Below are positions 1 through 11,754 of a stretch of DNA of 64,000 nt, piece after piece (within the stretch, counting starts at the first letter, position 1; each line of letters starts with the position of its first letter). A program made the position numbers and the translations under genes. Below the pieces are notes generated by a model, which had not been told where the DNA came from, ran no database searches, and was given only the letters and a program-made list of their open reading frames with translations. The stretch comes from Vicugna vicugna (taxonomy: Eukaryota): positions 1,716,963 through 1,780,962 of the forward strand of contig MU058781.1 in NCBI GenBank assembly GCA_013265495.1. Reading direction: 5' to 3'.

Positions 1-760
1 GTAGAAGCATAGCTATTCCTGCTTTCTTTTGGTTTCCAGTTGCATGGAATATTTTTCTCCATTCTTTCACGTTGAGCCTGCGTGTGTCCTTAAAGCTGAG
101 TTTAGTCTTCTGTAAGCAGCATATAGTTAGGTCTTGTTATTTTATCCATTTAGCCACTCTGTGCCATTTGACTGGAGAATTTGATCCATTTACATTTAAA
201 GTAATCATTGCTATGTTAGGACTAATGCCTTTGTTTTAATTGTTTTCTGGCTGTTTTGTAGTTCCTTTTCATTTCTTCCTCTCTTGCTGTTTTCTTTTGT
301 GGTTGATGATTTTCTGTAGTGGTATGCTTTGATTCCCTTTTCTTTATCTTTTATATATTTACTATAGACTTTTGCTTTGTGGTTACCATGAGGCTTACAT
401 AAAACATTTTATAGATCTAGTTCAAGCTGATAACAACTTAACTTTTATGGCATACAAAACTCTACCATTTTTCTCTCCCCACCCACATTTTATGTTTTAG
501 ATCTCATAATCCATCTCTTTTTATATTGTGTATCTATTAGAAATTATTATAGCTATACTTATTTTAAATATTTTTATCCTTTGATCTTTATTCTAGAGTT
601 GATTAACACATCACTGTATTACAGTATTAGAGTATTCTGAATTTGAATGTAGACTTACCTTTACCAGGATGTTTCATATTTTCATGTTACTATTAGTGTT
701 TTTTCATTTCTTTTGACAAAAACTGCTTTCCACATTATTTGTAAAGCAGATCTAGTGATA
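1..760 (-). mobile_element. Old LINE-1 (L1M-type): start of ORF2 endonuclease plus inter-ORF region, degenerate
   Basis: The reverse strand of ~1-150 reads ...QDLTICCLQKTKLSFKDTRRLNVKEWRKIFHATGNQKKAGIAML, like the L1 ORF2 APE-endonuclease N-terminus. Confidence 0.8.
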
Positions 761-764
761 GATC

Positions 765-962
765 AGCTCTGGCAACCACCAATCTGTTCTCTGTACCTAA
801 AAGTTTGGTTTTATTTTTTGTTTTTAGATTCCACAGGTAAGTGAGATCATATGGTATTTGTCTTTCTCTGTTTGACTTATTTCACTTAGCATTTTGCCCT
901 CAAAGTCCATCCATGTTGTCACAAACGGCAAGACTTTATTTTTTATTGCTGAATAATATTCC

Positions 963-996
<34 letters not shown>

Positions 997-2195
997 CACA
1001 TACATTTTATATATATATATATATACATACACACATACAGTCATACACACACACCACATTTTTATTATTCATCCATCATTGGACGCTTATATTGCTTCCA
1101 TGTATTGGCTGTTGTAAACAATACTGCAGTGAACATTGGCAGGGGAACACATATAATTCCAAGTTAATGTTTTTCTTTTCTTCTGTTAAATATGAAGATG
1201 TGGAATTGCTAGATCATATGGTAGTTTTATTTTTAATGTTTTTAAGAACCTCCATACTGTTTTCCATAGTGGCCACACAAATTTACATTCCAACTAACAG
1301 TGCACAAGGGTTTTATTTTCTCCACATCTTCACCACCACTTGTTATCTCTTGTCTTTTGTTAACAGGCATTCTACTAAATAGAGGTGATATCTCCTTGTG
1401 GTTTTGATTTTCATTTCTCTGATCAATGGTACTATTAAGCACCTTTTCATGTACCTGTTGGCCACCTGTGTGTTTTTGGAAAAATGTCTACTCAGATTCT
1501 CTGCCCACTTTTTAATTGGATTTTTTTTTGTCCATTGAGTTATGTGAGTTCTTTATATACTTTGGATATTAACCCTTTATCAGATGTACAATTTGCAAAT
1601 ATTTTCTTCTATTTTGTAGGTTGGTTTTTCATTCTGTTTATTTTTTTTTTCCTGTACAGAAGAAGCTTGGTGTAGTCCCACTTATTTATTTTTGTTTTGT
1701 TGCCTGCTTGTGGTGTCAAATCCAAAAAAAGTGATTGTCAAGACAGATGTCATGGAGCTCGCTGCCTGTGTTTTCTTCTAGGATTTTTGTGGTTTCAAGT
1801 CTTACATGCAAGTCTTTAATCCATTTGAGGTAATTTTCATGTATGATGTTAGTGGTCCAGTTTCATTCTTTTACATGTGGCTGTCATAGTTTCCTAACAC
1901 CGTTTATTGAAGAGACTGTTTTTCTCCATTATATACTCTTGGCTTCTTTGTTGTAAATTAGTTGATCATATATGCATGGGTTTATTTCTGGGCTCTCTAT
2001 TCTATTCCATTGATCTATGGGTCTGTTTTTATGCCAATAATTTGCTATTTTGATTATTAAAGCTTTCTAATGTAGTTTGAGATCAGGAAACATGATGCCT
2101 CCAGCTTTGTTCTTCTTTCTCAGGGTTGCTTTGGCTACTTGAAGTCTTACGGTTCCATACAAATTTTAGGATTGTTTTTTCTGTTTCAATGAATT
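765..2195 (-). mobile_element. Younger L1 3' portion (ORF2 end/3'UTR) nested in the older L1; includes a (TG)n/(TA)n tract at ~966-1050
   Basis: Typical L1 3' motifs such as 'ttttagattccaca', 'gtgagatcatatggtatttgtct', 'tccatccatgttgtcacaaa' and 'gatgcctccagctttgttcttctttctc'. Confidence 0.85.
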
Positions 2196-2199
2196 ATTT

Positions 2200-3590
2200 C
2201 TATTAGGGGTATCTATTAGTGGCATAGTTTGTTTCTATCAGTGCTATCACATTAATTCATATAGGCTCTCTTACTCTATTATTTTTTTCTTTGTTCTCCT
2301 TTGAGTGGATAATTTGGATAAATGATCTGTCTTTGACATCTCAGATTCTTTCTTTTGCTGGATAAGATCTGCTTTTGATATTCCCTATTATTGCATTTTT
2401 TTACTTCACTTTTGTATTCTTTAGCTTCATAATTTGTTGGTTCTTTTTTGTGATTCCTCTCACTTTGTTGGCTTATTGTTTGCCTGATTTTGTTGAATTG
2501 TCTTTGTGTTCTTGTAGCTTATTGCACATCTTAAAGGCAATTATTTTGCTTTCTTTCTTAGGCAAATCACAGACCTCCACTTTCCGTGGGGGTCAGTTAC
2601 TGTAAAATCACTGTGGGTTTTTGGAGTGTCACGTCTCCTTGAGTCTTCATGTTCATTGAAGTTTTGCATTGCTGTCTTCATATTTGAAGAAGCAGCCACC
2701 TCCTTTAGTCTTTACTGACTGGCTTCAGGAGAGAAATACCTTTTGTCTCCCAGGGATTCTGAAGCCTTCTCAGACCTTTTCTATGGCTATGCCTGCTCCC
2801 CACTCATCTTCTTTTTATGGGGGACCTCTTAAGATTGCATGCTTTCTCTGGAATCTGCATGGCTGGACCAGGTGCTGACAGCCTCCTGTTGCTGCAGTGG
2901 TGAATGTTCAGTCTTGTGTGCTTACTCCCAATCCTGCTGAATAGGACTGGCTGCCTGTCTGCGAAGGGTCAGAGTCCGTGCCCTTGTGGGGGTGTGCAGA
3001 GTAAGCAAACCATAGGGTGGCGTGGTGTGTGGGTGAGGCATACAGTTGTTTGCAGTGTCCTTGGGCCATTTGGCGGGGAGAGGCGGATCCATAGGTGAGG
3101 CCTCCCCAGCTCATGAGTAGGGTTCTTAATGGAGTCTGTGAAGCAGTTAGTAGGCTCTGCATCCCTTTGATGCTCTCTGAGAACCCTGGATGTTGTTCTC
3201 CTGGTCCTTCCCCACCCCTCATTTGCGTAGCATACCTCAGTATTCTGGATGGAGCAAGAAAGAAGTGGTTTTCTTTGGCAGGGTCCCACACAGCTGGGGA
3301 AACTGCCCAGACACTCTCACCTTCCCCCACAGGAGAAATCATGGGCTGAAAAGTTCTCTCTTGGTCCTGGGCTCTGCTGCCTTGAGCAAGTGTTGATTGA
3401 AAACTGTCCTTGTTACCCTCCTCAGTGCATCCAATCTTGGATTTTTTTTCCCCTCCAACAGTGTGCTAGAACTTCCCCCACTGGGCTCCCGAAATTCCAC
3501 AAAGGCACTTTTGTCAGTAGGTGATTTTCAAAATCAGTATCCTTTGTGGGGAAGACAGTAGAGAATTCCTCTTCTGCCATTTTTCTCATC
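2200..3590 (-). mobile_element. Old L1 ORF1/5'UTR remnant, probably the continuation of the 1-760 element
   Basis: T-rich ORF1-like antisense sequence, then a GC-richer 5'UTR-like block ending in 'cttctgccatttttctc' (reverse: GAGAAAAATGGCAGAAG, a YY1-like L1 5' start). Confidence 0.6.
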
Positions 3591-4587
3591 AACCCGTGTT
3601 TTAATGTTTCCCCTGGAACTTTGGATATACTGTGCTCCCAGAACGGTGAGCAAGCAGGATAATCACTCATGGTTTTGCATTTTGCCCTCATGTGCCTTCT
3701 TGGAGAGGCCCCAGGAATTGGGAGTGAGTCAGGAAGATAGCACTGAATGAAACAATGAAGCCAGGAATGCCTAGTATGGTGCCTGGCATGTAGAACCGTC
3801 CAATAAATCTTTGCTAGGGGACCAGAGTAAGAAACTTAGAAAACACTGTCCTTTCGTGCTGAACCTGCATAATCCCATATTTGAATAGTTATTGATGCTT
3901 AGTCACAAATAAGGATTTATTATTAATTGATTTACTGATTTTTAAAATGCAGTAATCCAGACAAAAGATATTTCAGTAGTCCTTGTAAGACTAAGAAATT
4001 CAGCAATAAAGACTGTCTTTAATTTTTTTTATTCTCAGCATAGTACACATTGGTAGGAAAAACAAAGAAATTGGTCCTGGCAACGGGCTCCCACAGGAAG
4101 GGTATTTTGGTAAAGACGGCTATTCTTGCCCCAGTGAAGGCTGTTGGCCTTTATCATTTTAGGCCACAGGGTGTCACTTCAGAGTAAGATTTTTTAAAAC
4201 GCCTTAACTCAGGAGAAGTTGGCTGTTAACCATAGGGCTGGGTTCTGTGTAGCGCTAAAAATCGTTTCATCAGAAGTACGAGTGTATCAATGCAGTGTGG
4301 ACACCAAATTATTCACTGCGACCTGTGCCCAATAGACCACCCCAGATAGGTTCAGAGGCCCCTCAGATTGCAGAAGTCTTCAATCTTCGCAGAAATGGAG
4401 GCGGCCGTGTTCACAAGCAAGCCCGTAGCCCCTCTGCCAGCCACCAGCAAACCAACAGAGTTAGCGTTCATTTGCGATCACTTTACTTTCAGCCACGGTG
4501 TGCGTGTTCATTTCTGAAGTGCTTTGTGTACCTGGTTTGAACTCCTTTCTGAGAATGTCAAAAAGTCCCAGTTAAAAGAGGCATGCA

Positions 4588-4601
4588 GTTACCATGGAAA
4601 C
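4588..4601. promoter_or_regulatory. RFX X-box candidate
   Basis: GTTACCATGGAAAC fits the near-palindromic consensus GTTNCCATGGNAAC. Confidence 0.5.
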
Positions 4602-6227
4602 GAACCAGAGGCAACTGCATCACTTAGGACCTGCAGCCTTTAACAAATGCTTCAGTTTCTCTAGAGGCGCCTCTTCCCTCTGAGAGCCATTCCTTTGTTT
4701 CAGGACATTTATAAGATGTCCCCCTCATAAAGGCTTTTATATGCCAGGTTACTTCCTTATACCCCCACGTGGTCCATCTGAATGATCCCTGTAAATTGAT
4801 CACAAATTCCAAGCAACTCATTCAAGGGGTAACCAGGTTATTTATGCACTGTTCCTGGATTCCTCTCTCCATAGAAGGTACCTGTTATCTGTGCCAGCAG
4901 GTGCCCTGCTTTTCCACTAGTGGTTCATGAACATGACAAATGGAAATTCAAGGCCATGCTTTGAGCTGTGGCTGCAAATATGTTGTCAGAAGAGAAAATT
5001 TTAAGAATCTAGAAAGAGCAGCAAGGAAAGAGATGTAAAGAGATGTAGTTGCCCAAATCGGGCTAGCTGAAATCCTCTCTAAGTGGTTTCTTTGGGCCAC
5101 GACGTGGGTATAGACACCATGTGAGAGCCAAGCATCAGTGCTGTTTATTTTGTGGCTGGAAGAGGGCCGTGCTGTGCCTGGATTCTTTTCTTTGATTTAA
5201 AAAACCATTTAGCTTTGAAACAGGGCAACTCCCTGGAAATACCCATCCATGCTTTGCAAACAAACGAACACACCTAAATCTAAGAGCAGTGAGAAGAAAG
5301 AGATAGTGGCCCCTCTCAAAGCTGAGAATATTTTTTATGCTTTTCATTTTATTTATTTATTTTTTTATTACAGAGAGGCTGGATGTGGGTTCTTTTCAAA
5401 GTTCAGAGTAGGAATGTGATCGCTAATGAAGTTTTTAGTTTATGAAAATTCTATTATAGCAAACCAACTAAGTGAAGGTCATGTATTCATGTATTCAGCT
5501 CACTTTATGTCTGATATTAATTTAGTTCGCTCTGCTTTTGATCATCCTTTTCTCTCAGTCTTGTTTTATACCTCCCTTGTTTAGCTATTTCTTTTTTGTC
5601 CTTTAATAGAAAATAATCTAAGTTACTCATTTTTCTTAAAAAATGTATCTTCTATTTTACCACAGAGCGTGAACTATTTTAACACTGACTATTCTCTACT
5701 TTGCATAATTCTAACAGCAAAATTATTTTTCTTTTCCTTTTGTCACCTTGATATTTATGACTGGTATTTCCTGCTGTGCTGCTGTTTCTAAAAAATGAGT
5801 ATATTTACAGTTCCTCCCAAAAGGTAGCTTCGGCAAGCCTCAAAATGCTAAATTTTACTAATTTCTACTTACTATGTATGCAGTAGATACTTGGGTCTCT
5901 AATAGTTTTGATCTTCCTGTAGCTCTTCCCCCACTGATGGTATAAGATAATTAGAATAAATTCCTGTTTTACTAAGATCCTCTTTTAGAATATTCTGCAG
6001 CATTTATTTACTTATTCATTCAGTGAACGTCTGCTGAATGTCTACCATGCTCTTGTCTACATGTTAGATATTCTGGTGAACAAAACAGACAGCACACCTG
6101 CCTTCACTGGACCTTACCTTCCAGTAGGGGAGACATATTATAGACTATTACCCTGTGATAAAGGCTAAGAAAAAATTAAGCAGAGAAGGGGACTTAAAAG
6201 TTGGGAAGTTGAAATTTTAGTTTGCCA

Positions 6228-6353
6228 TTTCTTTGAGGGGGGTAGGTAATTAGGTTCATTTATTTTTTCATTTATTTAATAGTGGTACTGAGGATTGAAA
6301 CCAGGACCTCATGCATGTTAAGCATGCACTCTACCACTGAGCTCTACCCTCCC
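6228..6353 (-). mobile_element. tRNA-Ala-derived SINE (camelid Vic-1-like)
   Basis: Reverse: GGGAGGGTAGAGCTCAGTGGTAGAGTGCATGCTTAACATGCATGAGGTCCTGG...CAGTACCAC, then an A-rich segment and CCTAATTACC. Confidence 0.85.
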
Positions 6354-6681
6354 ACTGAAGTTGTAGTTTGGATGACCAGAGGACACCTTAGTGTAGATAT
6401 GTGGGGGGGGGGAGGATGCAAGCTGGAGGAGCAGCAAGTGCAAAGGCCCTGAGGTGAGAATGTGCCCAAGAGCCTGAGGGGCGGCAGGGAGACCAGGGCG
6501 GAGCAACCTGCTCCTGCGGAAGGAGAAACTCACCATATTGCCCAGCTCCCTGCTCAGAGTAACACTCCAGGATTCATTGAGTGAACTCATGAAGTTCAAT
6601 TCCAGAACTTTCAGGGGAAAATCTATAGTGACTAGCTGGATATGTGAGGAAAGGGGGAAGAGCAGATGGCTTCTCAGCTAC

Positions 6682-6718
6682 GTGTGTGTGTGTGTGTGTG
6701 TGCGCGCGCACGTGTGTG
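6682..6718. repeat. (TG)n(CG)n microsatellite
   Basis: gtgtgtgtg...gcgcgcgcacgtgtgtg seen directly. Confidence 0.9.
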
Positions 6719-7086
6719 CAGGGGCTCAATGGATGAGGAACAAAGAGTGATGTGGTTGGGGAGGAAGAGAAAAGAGTGGGTTCTGAGATGGAAACATGAG
6801 GTTGCTGCTTGAGAGAGCTCAGACAAGAGAGAGACTTCGGAGAGGACAGCTGAAGGTATGGAGCTGATGAGGTCCTCCAGGGAGGTGGCCTTGGACAGGT
6901 GCCTTCTGTAGGCAGAACCTCAGGCCTTGAAGATGGAAGAGAAGGAGACCAAAAAGAAAAACAGGGGTCAGGCCTGGGGCTAGGGTGCTGCTGACAATGA
7001 TGCGATGCCATTGATAGGGCTGGGAGGGCCCAGATGGGGTAAGGACTTGTTGGGGGTGAAACTGAACATCAAAATAGAAACTATTT

Positions 7087-7348
7087 GTACCTCTTTCTCC
7101 CCTACCTCTAAACTGACCCTTCTCCTTCCCTCTCCCCACTGGTAACCACTAGTTTGTTCTCTGTATCTGTGAGTCTGACAAACCATTGGATATAAAATAA
7201 GCCACAAGGGTATATTGTACAACACGGGGAACATGGCCAGCATTTTACAGTAACTGAATGGAGTATAACCTTGAAAAATGGAATCACTGTTGTACACCTG
7301 TAACTTATAAACATTGTACATGAACTATACTTCAATTTTTTTAAAAAA
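7087..7348 (+). mobile_element. 5'-truncated L1 3' end with a 5' inversion
   Basis: 7087-7177 is antisense L1 3'UTR and 7178-7348 is sense L1 3' end with an A tail; flanked by a near-identical TSD. Confidence 0.75.
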
Positions 7349-7389
7349 AGAAAATATTTAGTAACTGCTAAGTTGAAAAGAGAATTTGA

Positions 7390-7450
7390 GGGGCAGGATT
7401 AGCATGCACAAGGTCCTGAGTTCAATCCCCAGTACCTCCATTAAAAAAAA
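7390..7450 (+). mobile_element. Partial tRNA-Ala-derived SINE
   Basis: ttagcatgcacaaggtcctgagttcaatccccagtacctcca followed by an A tail. Confidence 0.75.
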
Positions 7451-7610
7451 GTTAATGAAAAGGAGAAAAAAGGACAGCCATTTAAATTAGAAAGAAAAAC
7501 AAAAGATAATCTTTTTATTAAATCTCATCAGCAGAGGCTCTCAGAGTCACCTGAGTTGTTGAGGAATGAGCTTGACCCATTTAGGAGGCGCCCTCAGGAC
7601 AGCACTGAAG

Positions 7611-7638
7611 TGCCAGTATAATCGGCAGGTGGCGCCCT
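7611..7638 (+). promoter_or_regulatory. CTCF site candidate
   Basis: Core TCGGCAGGTGGCGCCC preceded by an upstream-module-like TGCCAGTA. Confidence 0.45.
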
Positions 7639-7937
7639 CTGCAGGGTGATCCCATGAGCTTCAGAAGGCTGGCAGGTCAGGAAACCTTGCCAGCTCGCCC
7701 TTTAGCCCGGAGCCCTGAAAGCGTTTTTGACACCAACCATCACTGCTTTTCGTTTGAGTCAGTCTATATCCTGCTAAGCAGGGTGTCCCTTAAATGAGCG
7801 ATTAGTAACAAGCAGGGAACAAGTCTCACTTGTGGTGCATCAGGGCTGGCCATTAACCCTGGGTGAAGAGAGGGCAAGATAAATTCGGGACCAGAGGAAG
7901 GTGTGTGTGTTTATTACTGTGCTGTGCTTGCCTTCAG

Positions 7938-8039
7938 ACCAATCGGAGGGTCGTTCTGCCAAGTGGAAACAGTCGAGACTGGAGGACAGTCACGGTCCGG
8001 GATCCCTGTCCTCAGCAGCAGAAGAAACCGACTTGGCAG
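7938..8039 (+). CDS. SYCP2L: SYCP2L coding exon (probably exon 24), 102 bp
   Basis: ccttcag|AC...GCAG|gtacca; encodes (D)QSEGRSAKWKQSRLEDSHGPGSLSSAAEETDLA, resembling the recalled human SYCP2L segment; phase 1-1. Confidence 0.8.
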
Positions 8040-9078
8040 GTACCACTGTGCACCCAGCCAGCAGGTCAGGTGCGAGTGTGACAACTGTCTCAGCTCTGAA
8101 TGTCCCCACATGAGTTACAAGGGAGTTAGTTTTAAGGTCATTGTAGCTGCAGGAACCGAATAACTAAGTATTTTGTCCTTTCAGAGACGGGTAAATTGTT
8201 ACACAGATTGTGGATAAAACCAAGCACTCTCTCTCCTTCTGACATTTTAGTTTCTGCCTTTTAACTCTTCGTGGCCATTTTCAGGGCCCAAGTGTTCTTA
8301 AACGTGTAGGTCTCTGCTTTAGTTGGTGGTGATCAGCTAAATTTTTGTGTTAGAAATATTCGCTCTGTACAAGTAAAAGAGGGTGATCCGAAATGTCTGC
8401 ATATGTGAGGATGGCCTTCTGGGTGAGCGATGCCACTGTAGTGAAGCAGTAGGCTCCAAAGAGGCAGATTTGGAAGCCTGGAGGGACTAGGAGGAGGTGG
8501 TTAAGAGCCAGACAGCCTGTGTTCCAACCCTGGAGCTGTGGGTGTGAGCTTGGACCAGTTACATGATCTCTCTGTTAAATGTGGACGATGACAGTGCCAG
8601 CTTCACTTGGATTTTGTGAGGATTCACAGACTTGATAAGTACAAATCCCTTAGAACAGTGCCAGACCCCTTGTGAGCCCTCCGAAAACTTCTGGTACCCA
8701 GAAGCTGTTCTGCCAGCATTGCCCCTGGAGACACCCCACCCATCACGTCCTCCTGCAAACCTCTTACAACACCCGGGTCTGCTTCTTAGATGTACTAGCG
8801 GGTGCTCTTATTTAAAGCGCTGGGAACGTTTGGGTGAAACGAGCACTTGCCAGAGTGTGAGTTTGGGTGGGGAGTGACATGAAGCGTTTGCTCAAGCTGG
8901 CCTGGTGGGGCCCGGCCACAGCGGTCCTGCTGCAGTCACAGCCGGGCAGCCGGTGGGGCTTCTGTGGGTCAGGTCCGTGCCTCTGGCTGTCCATCCTCTG
9001 GGCAGCTGGTGGACCGAGCACATGTACCCGGAGCCCTTAGTCGGTTTGATTTACTGTTCCGTTCTTCTTGTTTGGAAG

Positions 9079-9182
9079 GCATTTCTGCTTCATCCCTAAT
9101 AGTTACGCAAGAGAACTCGAAAGGTTCTGCAATGATCACAACCTTTGAAAACTTCACGGGAGAACTGAAAAGAAAATACGAG
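9079..9182 (+). CDS. SYCP2L: SYCP2L coding exon (probably exon 25), 104 bp; acceptor uncertain
   Basis: ttggaag|GC...TACGAG|gtaatg; encodes (G)ISASSLIVTQENSKGSAMITTFENFTGELKRKYE. An alternative in-frame AG lies at 9101-9102. Confidence 0.8.
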
Positions 9183-10018
9183 GTAATGGGCCACGAAGCA
9201 GCAGCAGCCAGCTCGTTAGGCATTTGTAGTGACAGTTCCTGTTCGCCAGTACCACTGTTACCCTTCCTGTGTGCAGGTGTCCCTGAGTCTCTGGGGAGGT
9301 ATGTTTGTCTTAGCTGTGGCCACAGACTTCAGCGCCGTTGTGAACTGTGGCTTGTTTTTATAAGCTATTCCCTGTCCGTTTGCTGCCGTGGGACCAGAGG
9401 GACCTACGCGGAAAGCAGACTCATGGTTTGGTTGTGTTGATTGCATTCTCAGAAATCCAGAAACCAGGAAGCAATGGTTTGGTCACAGTGATATACAAGG
9501 AAGGGGAGGAGGGGGCACCGTGTGGAGGAGAGAGGTGACTTGGGCGGATGGTCAGCTGAGTGGTGGCAGATCTTTGAGACCCTGCACATACGGGTGCCAC
9601 AAAACCTTGACTGCAAGATGAACTTTGAAACCATTTACGTCCCTTCCATTTTTACCCTATTGTTTCTAAATCCCTAATGAGTTACTTATTAGCACTTCTG
9701 AGAAAAGTATCTTACCTAACATACACTCACTTAGCTAACTTGGAAGATCCCCAGTCTTACTTCCTGTAGTACTGATGTAGCTAATTTATAATGGAAATTT
9801 GTTTATGATAGTCTGTATCAGTAGCATCGTTCTTTATTGGTACGGAACCTGGGGTAACACATGAAGTGTGTGTTACGGTGCCTGGTCACAATTCATTAGT
9901 GATAATGTGCACTGTGAGTATTATGTGCTGGCAGCATCCTTTTAGGACAAAGCCGGCACCCAATGTATGTCGTTATGTTTAACCCAAATGTGCTGATTTT
10001 GTTATTGTTATGATTTAG

Positions 10019-10110
10019 CTTAGGTACAGAAGGAGCCCACTTTATTCAAAAAATACAAAGCAAGCGCCAGATTGCCTAATGAAACTTTTAAACCAGATCC
10101 ATCAGTGCAG
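10019..10110 (+). CDS. SYCP2L: SYCP2L coding exon (probably exon 26), 92 bp
   Basis: atttag|CTT...TGCAG|gtaagt; encodes LRYRRSPLYSKNTKQAPDCLMKLLNQIHQC(R). Confidence 0.9.
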
Positions 10111-10399
10111 GTAAGTGTTGGGTTTCAAAACAAGTTCATGGAAGGCTGATCCTTGGCAAACTGCCTCTGTCTCCTGACTGTTGTGTGGGACCATGAGTGG
10201 AAGCTTGAGCCAAGGTGAGGTTTGATAAATTGCTTGACTTTGCTAGGTTTCTGGTTTCTCATTTGTACAATGAGGGATTGAAATAAGAGCCTCCTTAAGC
10301 CTCTAGTTGGTCTTCCATTGTATGATCCTAAAATACCATTCTTAGAAAATGCATAGTCCAATTGTGAAGACAGTGAGCGCAGATATACATGTAAAAAGA

Positions 10400-10790
10400 T
10401 GCTGGGTAAATGGTGTATGGTATATATGTACAGTAGGATGTTAGTCACCTTAAAAAGGAAGAAAATTCTGACACGTGTTACAACGTGGATGAACCTGGAG
10501 GACCTTATGCTCAGTGAAATCATCCAGATCCAAAAGGAAAAGTATTATATGATCCTATTATAGGAAGTACCTGGAATAGGCAAATTCATGGAGCTGGAAA
10601 GTAGAATAGAGGTTCCCAAGGGGTGGGGGAGTGGGAAGAGCTTGTTTAATCAGCACAGAGTTTCTGTTTGGGAGAGTGAAACAGTTCTGCAAATGAAGAG
10701 ATGTGATGGTTGGACCACACAGTTCTTAATGCCACTGACTGTACACTTAAAAATGGTTTCAGGGGTACATTCCATGTATATTTTGCTACA
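10400..10790 (+). mobile_element. L1 3'UTR fragment followed by a (CA)n tract
   Basis: 'acaacgtggatgaacctggaggaccttatgctcagtgaaat' and 'actgtacacttaaaaatggtt'. Confidence 0.8.
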
Positions 10791-11754
10791 CTTACATGCA
10801 CACACACACACACACACACACGTGCACAAACACACCCCTAGGTCCGTGTAGCAGGAAGAACAAAGGTGCTAAGATTTCAGACAGATGTGGAGTGAGAAGG
10901 GGTTGAGTAGAGAGGTGGGTTTCTGTTGTGATTAATTCAGTGATTGCAGTGGAAGTGCGTCTGGAGTGAGGTTCTGGAGACACAGCTTTGCCTGGTACAG
11001 GGAAGGCAAGGATGGAAGCTGTTCCTCATGGGAGGGAATGGCCTATAAATGAAGGGAGGAGGGCAAAAATCAATGAGAGGTCAGTTTGCTTAACTGAAGT
11101 AGAAGGTTTCTTAGGGTGGAACACGTAACACAAATAGCAATTTATAATTGTCTCAAACTTTTATATATACGCAAAATCATTAGATTCTCGAAATCAGCCC
11201 GTGAGGGACTTTGGGCTTGCGGAACTCCTGTCACCTTGTAGGGAGCATGCATTCACCTCCCTTTCCATCCAGCGAGCGCACACTGAGCCTGGTCCTGGGC
11301 TCAGTGCCCGCGGGCAGTGGGCAGGAGCTTTTTGCCTTCATGGGACTTTCAGCCCAACGGAGAAGGCAGAAATAAGCAAGTGAGCAGATAAGCAGTTTAT
11401 CTGGTGTTTAGACCCAGAACAGTGACTGTTAGAAATTTCAGGCTGCAAATGCAGAGGTGGAAAGAGAGTTTATAAGCCAATTTCAAGGCCAACTGAAGGC
11501 AAGAGAAAGAGGGGCAGGGGGGAGGCGGGAGGTGATGGGGAGCCGTGACTGGTGTTTTGGCTTTTAGCCAAGTCTGGCTTCAGTCTCCCTTTGCCTGGAG
11601 TCACCTCCCCTTTGCTCTACTAAGAATGATTTTTGAAATGCCAGTTGCCTCTGAACTTCCGTTGAAAGGCTCAGGCAAAGTTTGCATAGTTATGTTTCTG
11701 GGGGCGAGGATGGGCAGGCAGGGAGGGGAGGGCTGAGAAGGGAGATGTATATTT

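Noticed and set aside
841..3691. Cluster of ORFs of 64-144 aa
   Set aside because: They lie within degenerate L1 and microsatellite sequence and give low-complexity translations.
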